A stretch of 64,000 nt of DNA from positions 1 through 64,000 of IMG/VR virus record IMGVR_UViG_3300048904_000337, one strand, 5' to 3'. Numbering within the stretch: the first letter of the stretch is position 1; the number at the start of each line of letters is the position of its first letter. The position numbers and the translations under genes were made by a program. The notes under the pieces are model-generated. The model had not been told where the DNA came from. It saw only the letters and a list, made by a program, of their open reading frames with translations, and made no database searches. This document shows, one piece after another, positions 26,615-34,699 of the stretch. The DNA is from a virus.

Positions 26615-26895
26615 TTCAGCAATTCCTTGCGCGCAATATTGACATTAGACGGGAAGTCGCAGACAACACGGACTTGTGCTCGGCCATCTCGCATATTGAG
26701 GCAGAAGCTCCCGTCAAAGAACTCAATTGGCTCATTCGCCACAAGCTTACGCTCTTGAGAAGTATCACCCACAGTGAAACGCACCGCGGCGGACTTCTCT
26801 GTGATCCGTAGAACAGTCAAGGTGACTAGCTGGTGGGTCGATTTGTTTTTGAATATAATACTTTCGCCGGAGTTACGGGTAAGTACAAGTGCCAT
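26611..26895 (-). CDS. CsrA/RsmA-like RNA-binding protein with internal insertion
   Basis: MALVLTRNSGESIIF aligns with CsrA MLILTRRVGETLMI. VTLTVLRITEKSAAVRF aligns with VTVTVLGVKGNQVRI. The C-terminal VRVVCDFPSNVNIARKELL aligns with VRIGVNAPKEVSVHREEIY. About 30 extra residues lie between the beta4-like and beta5-like segments. Confidence 0.55.
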   Translation of the reverse strand: MALVLTRNSGESIIFKNKSTHQLVTLTVLRITEKSAAVRFTVGDTSQERKLVANEPIEFFDGSFCLNMRDGRAQVRVVCDFPSNVNIARKELLK

Positions 26896-26908
26896 GATTT
26901 GTGTTCCT

Positions 26909-27289
26909 TCAGTTAATAGTTGGGTAAACGTCTACATCAAAAAGATCGTCGTGAACGTAACCGTAATCATCGGCATACCAATACGGATCTTCCTCCTCAA
27001 TATCGCACCAAAGAGGCTCTTCCATTGGTGTGTCGTCATACCGCTCGTAGTCGTCAAGCAATGCGTCAAACTCATCAAGGCGAGAATCTTCAATTGCTTC
27101 GTTCAATGCCATTGCAACAGCTTTGGCATGTTGCTTGCGCATAGCTTTCCGGCCGTTGCGCTTGAGGAACTTGCGCTCAACTGGAGTGTAGTGGACAATG
27201 CACGGATCATCCCCATCAATAGAACGTGGCAGAATAGACGATTTGTTACCACCACGACGGTTGCGGTCTTTGCGAGTTACTTGAGCCAT
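26909..27289 (-). CDS. hypothetical protein, basic N-terminus and very acidic C-terminus
   Basis: ORF track gives 26909..27310 (TTG start). ATG 27287-27289 sits behind the GAAGGAA RBS. Confidence 0.55.
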   Translation of the reverse strand: MAQVTRKDRNRRGGNKSSILPRSIDGDDPCIVHYTPVERKFLKRNGRKAMRKQHAKAVAMALNEAIEDSRLDEFDALLDDYERYDDTPMEEPLWCDIEEEDPYWYADDYGYVHDDLFDVDVYPTIN

Positions 27290-27311
27290 TGCTTGTGTTC
27301 CTTCAAACAAT

Positions 27312-27340
27312 TATGTAGCGCTAATATACTGCAGTAGCAA
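27312..27340 (-). promoter_or_regulatory. sigma70-like promoter candidate (minus strand)
   Basis: Minus sense: TTGCTA, 17-nt spacer, TACATA. Confidence 0.35.
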
Positions 27341-27452
27341 GCACTTTGAAAATAGCCGTTAGTTATCTATACTTCTATGCTTATAGCCACACAATACTCA
27401 GAGGATAGCAAGGCACCATCTAGGCACCTTGCTACTTAATGCAGGTACTAGT

Positions 27453-29270
27453 TTACAAGAATACCGGGCCGGATAGAACCCCTACACTAAGCACACAGGC
27501 ACCTATTGATCCGGTCACCGCCCCAAGGGTCTTGGCTTGAACTGCTAGTTGGACGCTTGCGCTATTTATAGGCCCATATTGCAGGGGCATCCAAGGCGTA
27601 CTAAACGGAAGGTTACTGGAGCTATCGGTGAATATCAAAGATCCGAAATTTCGTTGAGTCACCCCATCTTGATACTCGTTAATCAAGAGAGTCAGGGACT
27701 TTCCAGCGCCAGTACTAGACGGTTTTGCCCTTGCCGATAGTTGCACAAACACTTTTCGCCCACGGGTACTTCGGAGTGGAGTAGTCAGAGGCATTATGCC
27801 TGTCAGATTGACTACGCTGCCGCTTGTGTCTGGCACAGCAGTATTGCCCGGCAATTGAGTAGTGGATAGTACCTTGATATGTGGCAACAGAACCCGGCCA
27901 GCAGCCAGTTCCGATACGTTACTAAGGTCGATAGTCAGCACACCGATAAATTGCCTATTCCAGTTATTGGCATCGTTAAATTCAGGACTTACGTTGGTGA
28001 CATCAGCATTTCCTGCGCTTATTAACGTCCTGAATAGATTCCCTGATTGTTGAGCAGTTCCTTCGATGGACATTTCAAAGTCATTGCCGTCCAAGTCTGC
28101 AATACTGAACTCATGTGGTGGGCTGGATACCGTGCCCTTAGGTGTGACATCAATCATTAGCCACTTCCCTGAAGTTGGGCCAAATCGCCGGGCAGAGTAA
28201 ACTATCAAGCACCGGCCTTCATCAGTGCAGATCATAACAGGGCGAGTTGGCCAGTTCAGTAAGGATAGAGTGTTATTCAGGTTTGTTACCTGATCGTTAC
28301 GCCACTCGGAACCGGTCCACCATAGATGATGGACATTACGCGATGTAGGATTACCTGAGGCAAGAAACAACGCGATATGCGGCCGACCGTCAGTATCCAC
28401 ATCAAGGCCAAATTGGTTAATGATGCCGGAGTTGATTGTTGGTGTTTGCAGCACTAGAGCATTTGTATTAGCGTGCAGCAGAGGAAGTGACACCGCTGAT
28501 CCATTCACCGCCTTCCATGTAATACCCTTATCTTCTGAGTACATTACGTGCACATCAGCATTGGTGTGGGCATCTCCGCCATTGGGGCGCCAAGTGTAGG
28601 CCAACCACAAACGGTCCTGCCGATCTACAACAACACGTGCCTCATAAGGACTTTCAAGCGTTGTCTTCCCCGAGGCAATCATTCCGCGAGAAGTCCATGT
28701 TGAACCATTCCACACCTTAAGGTATGTATCGCCCAGTCCTGACACACCATCACGGTAATGAAAGGCGAGAGTGCCATCCGCAAAGCGAACAAATCGAGGG
28801 TATGTAACTTGGCTTACTACCAAATCGTCCATAGTGGATGCAACCCAAGCCGTAATATCCCGAGGGTTGGCTGAACGCACATACCTCAAGGGGTCGGCAT
28901 GATGGTTACAAGAGAGGTGAATGTACCCCTGGCCATCCATAATTGCAGAGACCACATTGTGGGAGTCTGGTTCCACTGGGAGGGCCAGAGGATTTCCGGC
29001 AAGAGTTCCCATATCGAATGTTGCCCACGATCCAATTGGCATTGTCTTTTTACACGCCTGCAAAGCGCCTGCGGTGTTATAAAAGAATGCGTAAAGATCA
29101 TCGCCGTCAGTAATGGTGCCCGACTGGGTGTAGCTGGTGCCGTTGTATGTAGTCTGCCCTGCGACGTCCGAAGGAAGCACGTCCAGGCGCAAAGTGTTGA
29201 TATAACTTCGGCCTACATACAGTGAATCTGCGGTTTTTTTACTAATACCCGGTGCGTCAAGAATACTCAT
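27453..29270 (-). CDS. tail spike / receptor-binding protein with BNR-type beta-propeller-like domain
   Basis: 605 aa. Repeated W/Y-rich beta-propeller-like blades (SEDKGITW, TGSEWRN, VWNGSTW) and NHHADPLRY resemble the BNR_4/sialidase-like fold. Follows a fibre-anchor-like gene. Confidence 0.45.
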   Translation of the reverse strand: MSILDAPGISKKTADSLYVGRSYINTLRLDVLPSDVAGQTTYNGTSYTQSGTITDGDDLYAFFYNTAGALQACKKTMPIGSWATFDMGTLAGNPLALPVEPDSHNVVSAIMDGQGYIHLSCNHHADPLRYVRSANPRDITAWVASTMDDLVVSQVTYPRFVRFADGTLAFHYRDGVSGLGDTYLKVWNGSTWTSRGMIASGKTTLESPYEARVVVDRQDRLWLAYTWRPNGGDAHTNADVHVMYSEDKGITWKAVNGSAVSLPLLHANTNALVLQTPTINSGIINQFGLDVDTDGRPHIALFLASGNPTSRNVHHLWWTGSEWRNDQVTNLNNTLSLLNWPTRPVMICTDEGRCLIVYSARRFGPTSGKWLMIDVTPKGTVSSPPHEFSIADLDGNDFEMSIEGTAQQSGNLFRTLISAGNADVTNVSPEFNDANNWNRQFIGVLTIDLSNVSELAAGRVLLPHIKVLSTTQLPGNTAVPDTSGSVVNLTGIMPLTTPLRSTRGRKVFVQLSARAKPSSTGAGKSLTLLINEYQDGVTQRNFGSLIFTDSSSNLPFSTPWMPLQYGPINSASVQLAVQAKTLGAVTGSIGACVLSVGVLSGPVFL

Positions 29271-29278
29271 AGGTCACC

Positions 29279-29701
29279 TTATACAATTGTGATGGCGGGT
29301 TGAGCTGTCACGGCGCCATTAACATCTCTGGTGACAGCTGGTTGCGTAATAAGTTTGGTTGGAGTACCTGCATACGTAGCATGCCACGCATCAATCGCCC
29401 CAGGGAAAGCTGTACTTGTAGTGTCAGTTGTGAATGTTCCAGTTACACCGTCCGGCCAAACAATATCAGCAGAGATAATTGCACCATTGGCGTCGCGAGT
29501 GGACGTCACAAGCTGAAAGGACTGTGTGTACGCCCAGCCAAGCAAAGTAGGTAGTTTAGCGTACTCTGCTATTTGACCCACAGTCGTTCGGAAGCTCTTG
29601 CTGCCAAATACTGTCTCTATTGGCTCATTACCAGTCAGTGTGCCAGTAACCAGCGGCAAATCATTGATTGTTTGCCCGAGTTTAGGCGGTGTTGTTGCCA
29701 T
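29279..29701 (-). CDS. tail fibre-like protein (N-terminal anchor type)
   Basis: ORF track gives 29279..29767. ATG 29699-29701 is preferred. MATTPPKLGQTINDLPLVTGTLTGNEPIE is a typical fibre N-terminus pattern. Confidence 0.45.
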   Translation of the reverse strand: MATTPPKLGQTINDLPLVTGTLTGNEPIETVFGSKSFRTTVGQIAEYAKLPTLLGWAYTQSFQLVTSTRDANGAIISADIVWPDGVTGTFTTDTTSTAFPGAIDAWHATYAGTPTKLITQPAVTRDVNGAVTAQPAITIV

Positions 29702-29805
29702 AATTATTCTACCCTTATATAATAAGCAGGCGCAACTGCCCGTCTGTAGTAAGTCTAAGCTTACCATCAGTAGCCGCGCGCATTAGGTTAGTTAAAAACG
29801 GTGGA

Positions 29806-29838
29806 CGAGAAAAGCCCACAGCGCTAGACGGTGGGCTT
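29806..29838 (-). terminator. intrinsic terminator-like hairpin in leader of fibre cassette
   Basis: Minus sense: AAGCCCAC-11 nt-GTGGGCTT followed by TTCTC. The stem includes the CCCACAG core. Confidence 0.5.
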
Positions 29839-29902
29839 GCGGAGGAAATAGCTACGTAGCGGCTTGCCGGTATCATCACCAGCTCCTATTGTGGTGTATA
29901 CC
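29806..29902 (-). ncRNA. candidate ~100-nt leader transcript / sRNA
   Basis: Bounded by the promoter at 29909-29937 and the terminator at 29806-29838. Internal pairings are CGGAGG/CCUCCG and GCUGGU/ACCGGC, plus the palindrome GCUACGUAGC. Confidence 0.3.
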
Positions 29903-29908
29903 CTCCGG

Positions 29909-29937
29909 ATTATAGTACACCGCTAGGAAGTGGGTAA
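29909..29937 (-). promoter_or_regulatory. sigma70-like promoter candidate (minus strand)
   Basis: Minus sense: TTACCC, 17-nt spacer, TATAAT. Confidence 0.4.
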
Positions 29938-30169
29938 ATAGCCGTTATATTTCGTCACATAAGAGTAGATTAATAGCTATCAATACTTCAGGAGGCCTGA
30001 CATGGCCTTTACCGGTTTATCCCTACATGTCTACGGTCTCCGCCACCGCGTTTTAAGGACAGCCTAGGCGTTCTCCTACCTTTTCAGCTAAAGAGGCCCA
30101 GACCGTCCCAATAGGCGATTTAAACCTGTCGGAACTAATTCTAGACCTACCTTATTCTGCCCAGGCTGT

Positions 30170-30421
30170 TTAAACCTTCAGCAGAGCAGCATCGACTTTG
30201 CCGCGAGACTTCAGATTGAGCGTTTCGCTGTAGCCTTGACATATGATACCATCAGTAAAACCCGCAGCAATTGGTTCTTTATAGTGCCGTTCCCAATCAA
30301 ACGGTGTATTAAAAGTTTTCAAGTGGCATACAACATCCGCCATATCGCTATGGTGATAACGGCTTGGAAACACAAAGATTTCTTCGATGCCTTTTTCGTT
30401 ATTAGTGACAATATATTTCAT
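30170..30421 (-). CDS. hypothetical protein
   Basis: 83-aa ORF. Confidence 0.5.
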   Translation of the reverse strand: MKYIVTNNEKGIEEIFVFPSRYHHSDMADVVCHLKTFNTPFDWERHYKEPIAAGFTDGIICQGYSETLNLKSRGKVDAALLKV

Positions 30422-30651
30422 TTTCGTTTACCCCATCGGTCTCGAGGACCGTTTCCTTTTGCATTAACAGCAAAGCCAACAGGCTGGACGCGTTCATCCG
30501 ACAAACTGTTGACGACTTTTACTCCAGCCAGACGAAGAGCAATAAGTGTTTCGCTACTGACATTCGGCCCAACAATTACCATTGTGGGATTGGTACCAGT
30601 TGCTTCTTTGAAGTGGTTAATAAACTGTTCGACTTCAACGCTTTCACTCAT
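30418..30651 (-). CDS. hypothetical protein
   Basis: 77-aa ORF, coupled (ATGA-type overlap). Confidence 0.5.
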   Translation of the reverse strand: MSESVEVEQFINHFKEATGTNPTMVIVGPNVSSETLIALRLAGVKVVNSLSDERVQPVGFAVNAKGNGPRDRWGKRK

Positions 30652-31190
30652 ACATCATCCAGCTTCGGTGTGGACGCTGAAGTAGACTCACTGGCCTTCT
30701 TGTAGTCATGATACATTGGCTTGAAAGTACCCGTCTGATAGCCGCCATAAACCCTTGGTGTCTCTCCGCAGGCTGCGCATGTACCATGATTCTCACGAGA
30801 AAGTACATTTGGCTGACCGTTGCCACTGTCAAGGTTGCGCAGGAACTTGGCATGCTCAGGCAACACTGCCGGTACTGGCACAGGCTGCAATGAATAGCCT
30901 GATGCGCTAGTGTTGCACTCCTTCAGAATCGTGCAGCATGGATATAGTGCCACCGGCTCACCCTGCCCGCCCTTCAGCCGCTCGATTTCGGCGCGAAGTT
31001 CGGTGTTTTGATCTTCAAGCTTGGTCATCATCTGATGCCATTCGGGCTCGTCGTTCTCCGCCGTCAGCTGAGCGATGGTTGCTTGCAGTTCGACAACATC
31101 TTCGAATCTGGCATAGCGACCCTGAGGGCTTTCGATCTCATTACCGGCTTGATGATTGACCGGAAAAATGTCGTAGCGCTTGATATTCAT
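30648..31190 (-). CDS. hypothetical coiled-coil protein (Ead/Ea22-like impression)
   Basis: 180-aa ORF in a locally G+C-richer segment. Central coiled coil (LEDQNTELRAEIERLKG). The family call is from memory only. Confidence 0.5.
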   Translation of the reverse strand: MNIKRYDIFPVNHQAGNEIESPQGRYARFEDVVELQATIAQLTAENDEPEWHQMMTKLEDQNTELRAEIERLKGGQGEPVALYPCCTILKECNTSASGYSLQPVPVPAVLPEHAKFLRNLDSGNGQPNVLSRENHGTCAACGETPRVYGGYQTGTFKPMYHDYKKASESTSASTPKLDDV

Positions 31191-31621
31191 TCTATGCCCT
31201 CAAAGTGGCGCGAGAGGATCAGCCCGAGATCGGATGCCTTAATACAAATGCATTCCGGATCGTCTCCGTCGGCAGGCTCAAGCTCGCAGGCGTCGCGCAC
31301 TGCAAGAATTACTTTCTGCGCCATATCGGCTTGCAGTTCGGCGAGTTCGGGCGGGGCGACACTGATCGCTTGATTGTTGAGGCTTTGGGCCAGAGAGAAA
31401 CATTGGTTTGAGGTCAGAACCGTATAGCACCGGGATGCGTCAACGGCTTCTGCTACAGACTTCATGCTATGCGTCAACGTCTGGCGCTCGACGACAGGGG
31501 TGGCGAGTAGGGAGCGTAGTTCACTGTTCGCCCTCATTACGTCCTCTACGTCATAGCTTTTCGACACGGTTCCGGTTACGCGCTCCAGCAACTCCCGCGA
31601 CACTTCAATTTTACTGCTCAT
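31187..31621 (-). CDS. hypothetical protein
   Basis: 144-aa ORF in the same G+C-richer segment. Confidence 0.5.
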   Translation of the reverse strand: MSSKIEVSRELLERVTGTVSKSYDVEDVMRANSELRSLLATPVVERQTLTHSMKSVAEAVDASRCYTVLTSNQCFSLAQSLNNQAISVAPPELAELQADMAQKVILAVRDACELEPADGDDPECICIKASDLGLILSRHFEGIE

Positions 31622-31793
31622 TCTTCACCACCCTCAAAGTTGGCTTCGTTTCTGCTGGCGGCATTTCCAAAGCCTCGTTAACCTGGCAGCCTTTGCCGAG
31701 TTTGTAAGCACAGACCAGGAACCATGCGGCGTTCTTTGGATCGTCTTCGATACGGTCTGCAAGCGCTTTGATGATCAGCAGGTCATTGCTCAT
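31611..31793 (-). CDS. hypothetical protein
   Basis: 60-aa ORF. Confidence 0.4.
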   Translation of the reverse strand: MSNDLLIIKALADRIEDDPKNAAWFLVCAYKLGKGCQVNEALEMPPAETKPTLRVVKNEQ

Positions 31794-31818
31794 TCGCTTG
31801 CTCCCGATTGTTGTATAT

Positions 31819-32055
31819 TCATTTCACAACTCCCCAACTATTGCGTTGACCTTTGGCTTTGGGCTTGTTTGGTCGTAGCTCTTCATTTGCTTCGCGATAG
31901 CCGCGCTCAATAACGGCTGCACCTACGATTTTTGCAGAGTAATAGCCCGGAGAGCAATTGCCCAAAGGTTTACCAGTTTCAATGTCTTCGACAATTGCGT
32001 CAATAACAATTTGCTTTCCGGTCTTACCTGCGCCAGTTGCAATCACAATTTTCAT
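31819..32055 (-). CDS. hypothetical protein
   Basis: 78-aa ORF. Confidence 0.5.
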   Translation of the reverse strand: MKIVIATGAGKTGKQIVIDAIVEDIETGKPLGNCSPGYYSAKIVGAAVIERGYREANEELRPNKPKAKGQRNSWGVVK

Positions 32056-32065
32056 TCTTTAATCC

Positions 32066-32326
32066 TCAGTAAAGCCTAGGTCGTGTAATCCAAGCGCCTT
32101 TTGAAAAGTTGAAAGCGTAGATTGGACATACAATCCACGGCAATGGCTCAGTCTTTGGCCGGCCGTTCCACAATGCTTTCATGTCATCAATCAACAAATC
32201 ATTGCATTCTGTACAGCCATCTATCAGCAGTTCATCGCGTGTTATGAAACTGGCACAACGGCGGCAATAGCCTTCATCCAGTTCGTCCGGTGGTTGAGGA
32301 AAACGGTCAAGTTCGTAGTTACTCAT
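32066..32326 (-). CDS. small zinc-ribbon protein
   Basis: 86 aa with CRRC...CTEC. Confidence 0.5.
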   Translation of the reverse strand: MSNYELDRFPQPPDELDEGYCRRCASFITRDELLIDGCTECNDLLIDDMKALWNGRPKTEPLPWIVCPIYAFNFSKGAWITRPRLY

Positions 32327-32522
32327 TTTTAAACCCCAAATCGTTCAACTGCGCGCGAACACCCGCGTCGAACTGGCATTGCGCTTCAGATGTATTGAAC
32401 TCGCCATCTGACAATCGAAACAGCGAATTTGCTGCCTCCTGCCGACTGAGCCCTTGTTTTGCATAATCGTTTATTGCGGAAATAGCTGCTTTGCGTCCGT
32501 CATTATAATGATTCCCTGCCAC
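32319..32522 (-). CDS. hypothetical protein
   Basis: ORF track gives 32319..32570 (TTG start). GTG 32520-32522 behind the AGGAG RBS is preferred. Confidence 0.4.
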   Translation of the reverse strand: MAGNHYNDGRKAAISAINDYAKQGLSRQEAANSLFRLSDGEFNTSEAQCQFDAGVRAQLNDLGFKNE

Positions 32523-32621
32523 GCTGTTACTCCTATTAATTATCCATGCATAGTATATTGTAAGCAGCAAATTGAACAGTAAGCAATACCTATCTGGTGT
32601 CAGTGGTCAATAAGTTATGCG

Positions 32622-32662
32622 CATAAGAAAGCCCAACAACCCACAGCGGCAGGTGTTGGGCT
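32622..32662 (-). terminator. intrinsic terminator with ACCCACAG motif in its loop
   Basis: Minus sense: AGCCCAACA-15 nt loop (contains CUGUGGGU)-UGUUGGGCU followed by UUCUUAU. Confidence 0.65.
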
Positions 32663-32676
32663 CGTGGCTATCGGCT

Positions 32677-33012
32677 TCAAGCGGCTTCAGTCTCAGCCTC
32701 GGCTTGGTGGGTAGCTTCGGTCAGCTCGTAAATTTCCTGCTCCAGCTTCGCCAACTTCTCAACAGCTTTAAGCAGTCGAGTTTGCAAGGCAATTGGAGTG
32801 GCTAACGGCTTATCAGCTTGTGCGCTGATGTGCTGTGGGAGCTTTTGCGAGTCAGCTCGTGTTGAGTTCAGCTTGCTGCGATAGTATGAAATGCAGCCAA
32901 GCGTCGTATGCGCATTTGGATGCCGCTTCAATACAACTGCCAACACCTCAGCATTGTTGAGACCCTTCTCAATTGCCGCATAAGCTGTAGTCTGTACTTT
33001 AAGAGTAGCCAT
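32677..33012 (-). CDS. hypothetical protein
   Basis: ORF track gives 32677..33075. ATG 33010-33012 sits behind the GAGGTGA RBS. Confidence 0.55.
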   Translation of the reverse strand: MATLKVQTTAYAAIEKGLNNAEVLAVVLKRHPNAHTTLGCISYYRSKLNSTRADSQKLPQHISAQADKPLATPIALQTRLLKAVEKLAKLEQEIYELTEATHQAEAETEAA

Positions 33013-33185
33013 GTTGTCACCTCTGTAACATAAGTTGGTTCCCAAGTTAATTGCTTCACTCCAATGTTGTTGCACATTTGTATGTGCTTATGTAAAGGAT
33101 AGGCCGTATAGCTTGCTGCGTACAATCAATTGTTTGCATAGCCTAAATGGTTGTGATGCGCTAAGCTAATCGCTAAGCTGCAGAA

Positions 33186-33212
33186 ACTACAAAGCCCTCC
33201 GAAGAGGGCTGA
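33186..33212 (-). terminator. intrinsic terminator (minus strand)
   Basis: AGCCCTC-ttcg-GAGGGCT followed by TTGTAGTTT. Near-copy of the terminator at 47171-47197. Confidence 0.7.
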
Positions 33213-33230
33213 TGGCGTATATTATGGCAA

Positions 33231-33398
33231 TTAAAACAGCTTAACAACTTTCCATTCTGCGTTTGGAATGTCTTTGCTATAGCTTTCAACAAGCTTATCT
33301 GCAAGCTCCTTAGTGTAAGCTTTAATCACTTCACGAAACTCACTGGAGTTTACAGTTTTAACTTGTACGCTGTACGGAGCCAAATTTACAGTAGCCAT
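33231..33398 (-). CDS. hypothetical 55-aa protein (not in ORF track)
   Basis: ATG 33396-33398 sits behind AAAGGAATTAAGTC. Sequence MATVNLAPYSVQVKTVNSSEFREVIKAYTKELADKLVESYSKDIPNAEWKVVKLF. Has its own terminator. Confidence 0.55.
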   Translation of the reverse strand: MATVNLAPYSVQVKTVNSSEFREVIKAYTKELADKLVESYSKDIPNAEWKVVKLF

Positions 33399-33532
33399 GA
33401 CTTAATTCCTTTAGGTTGTTTCGTTTTGATGTGGTCATTATATAGGTATTGGCTGCAGCTGCACAATTGATTGTTCTAATGACCACTGCTAGCAGCTATG
33501 CGAACAACCAATTGATAAAGATGAAATAACTA

Positions 33533-33561
33533 TGTACAGCCACTGACTGTAGCCATATAAT
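33533..33561 (+). promoter_or_regulatory. sigma70-like promoter
   Basis: TGTACA, 17-nt spacer, TATAAT. Confidence 0.5.
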
Positions 33562-33594
33562 AGACACATACCAACGAACACAAGGAAACACGAA

Positions 33595-33975
33595 ATGACT
33601 GCTCACACTCACGAAGTACAGTGGATGAACAAGGCTAACGGCAAATGGTTCCAGCTGGAAACCTTTGAATCCGAAAAGAAAGCTGAAGTTGCAATGAAAA
33701 AGCAGCAAAAGAAGGCCAAATTTGGTGTATATCGCGTAGCACCAGTTACTGCCATCGACAACAAATATAACGTCGGTGTTAAGGTTCGTATTGAAGTAAA
33801 GCGACTCCGTAGAGATGGTCTTATGGACCGCCAAGTTTTTATTGCTGAAGTAGTTAAAAATGATGGCTATATGGCTGAATATGTAGTTGTGCGCCATGAA
33901 GTAATGGAAAATGTTTTGCAGCTTATTCCCGGCGGTGGATTTGTAATCGAAATGGCTACTTACGAAGTCATTTAA
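33595..33975 (+). CDS. hypothetical protein (opposite-strand island)
   Basis: 126-aa ORF behind the AAGGAAACACGAA RBS. Has its own promoter and terminator. Confidence 0.65.
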   Translation: MTAHTHEVQWMNKANGKWFQLETFESEKKAEVAMKKQQKKAKFGVYRVAPVTAIDNKYNVGVKVRIEVKRLRRDGLMDRQVFIAEVVKNDGYMAEYVVVRHEVMENVLQLIPGGGFVIEMATYEVI

Positions 33976-33993
33976 CAATAGCAGTTAAGTCAA

Positions 33994-34018
33994 ATAACCC
34001 GCTTCGGCGGGTTTTGTC
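33994..34018 (+). terminator. intrinsic terminator
   Basis: AACCCGC-ttcg-GCGGGTT followed by TTGTCG. Confidence 0.75.
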
Positions 34019-34051
34019 GTTGCTACTAGCCCACAGTGGCAGTCCAACTGG

Positions 34052-34432
34052 CTACGGTGCCTCAGCTACTTGATAGCCATTGCTTTCAGCCCATTTGGTG
34101 GCGTCTTCTTTCGTTCGGAAGTCTTCAAGCACACCAACAAACTTGTCGCCTTCAAAGAGGCTTACAATAAACGGGTATGAAGTGTCTGCCTGCCTTCTCA
34201 ACGGTAAAATTCGAACAGTTGGTTTGGGACTAGCAGCCCAGAAGGCCGGTACGCTCTTATGCGTTACTGCTGTACCAATGGTAATTTCAAGCTCAACTAC
34301 TTTGCAAGTTGAATGCCTTTCTAAATATGGCTGAGCGTATTCTGCTGAAGTGAACAGCCAAGGATCGCGGTTATTTGCTGGGTTAAGGACCAACTGCTTG
34401 GTACTTTCATCAAGTATTCCGAATATTTTCAT
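34052..34432 (-). CDS. hypothetical protein
   Basis: ORF track gives 34052..34459. ATG 34430-34432 sits behind the GGAGTGG RBS. Confidence 0.55.
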   Translation of the reverse strand: MKIFGILDESTKQLVLNPANNRDPWLFTSAEYAQPYLERHSTCKVVELEITIGTAVTHKSVPAFWAASPKPTVRILPLRRQADTSYPFIVSLFEGDKFVGVLEDFRTKEDATKWAESNGYQVAEAP

Positions 34433-34436
34433 TTGA

Positions 34437-34691
34437 TTACCACTCCAACAAGTCTTCAATAACAGTAACGGGAATAACTACTAGTTGGTTACTACCATTT
34501 ACCTTTTCCCATCGGTCGGCAGATAACTGCGCATCATTAGCAGTTTCAAATAATCGAGGAGATTTCCTTTTATTGTTAATTTCTGTTGGGTCCCAAGAAG
34601 TAACACCTCCAGCTGTGCGGCGTAGATTTTGTGCAGGAAACAATTTACCAGTTTGCTTATGTTTAATTGCAAAAGCTTTATGTCGTGACAT
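34437..34691 (-). CDS. hypothetical protein, tandem paralog of 34700..34945
   Basis: ORF track gives 34437..34706 (TTG start). ATG 34689-34691 is preferred. Confidence 0.5.
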   Translation of the reverse strand: MSRHKAFAIKHKQTGKLFPAQNLRRTAGGVTSWDPTEINNKRKSPRLFETANDAQLSADRWEKVNGSNQLVVIPVTVIEDLLEW

Positions 34692-34699
34692 TTTAAAAG

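Noticed and set aside
26829-26836. E. coli Chi (GCTGGTGG) as the enriched octamer
   Set aside because: I found only this single copy, which is consistent with chance. The enriched word is ACCCACAG/CTGTGGGT, not canonical Chi.
29715-29876. 53-codon minus-strand ORF (MIPASRYVAISSASPPSS...) inside the fibre-cassette leader
   Set aside because: It runs straight through the terminator hairpin. It is Ser/Pro/Ala-rich, as expected from a GC-rich structured RNA. It is better explained as a non-coding leader.
29768-30169. tRNA, tmRNA or attP-like tRNA fragment in the 400-nt gap
   Set aside because: There is no GTTCRANYC-type T-loop, no acceptor/CCA arrangement and no cloverleaf that I could fold. 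No integrase is present anywhere in the window.
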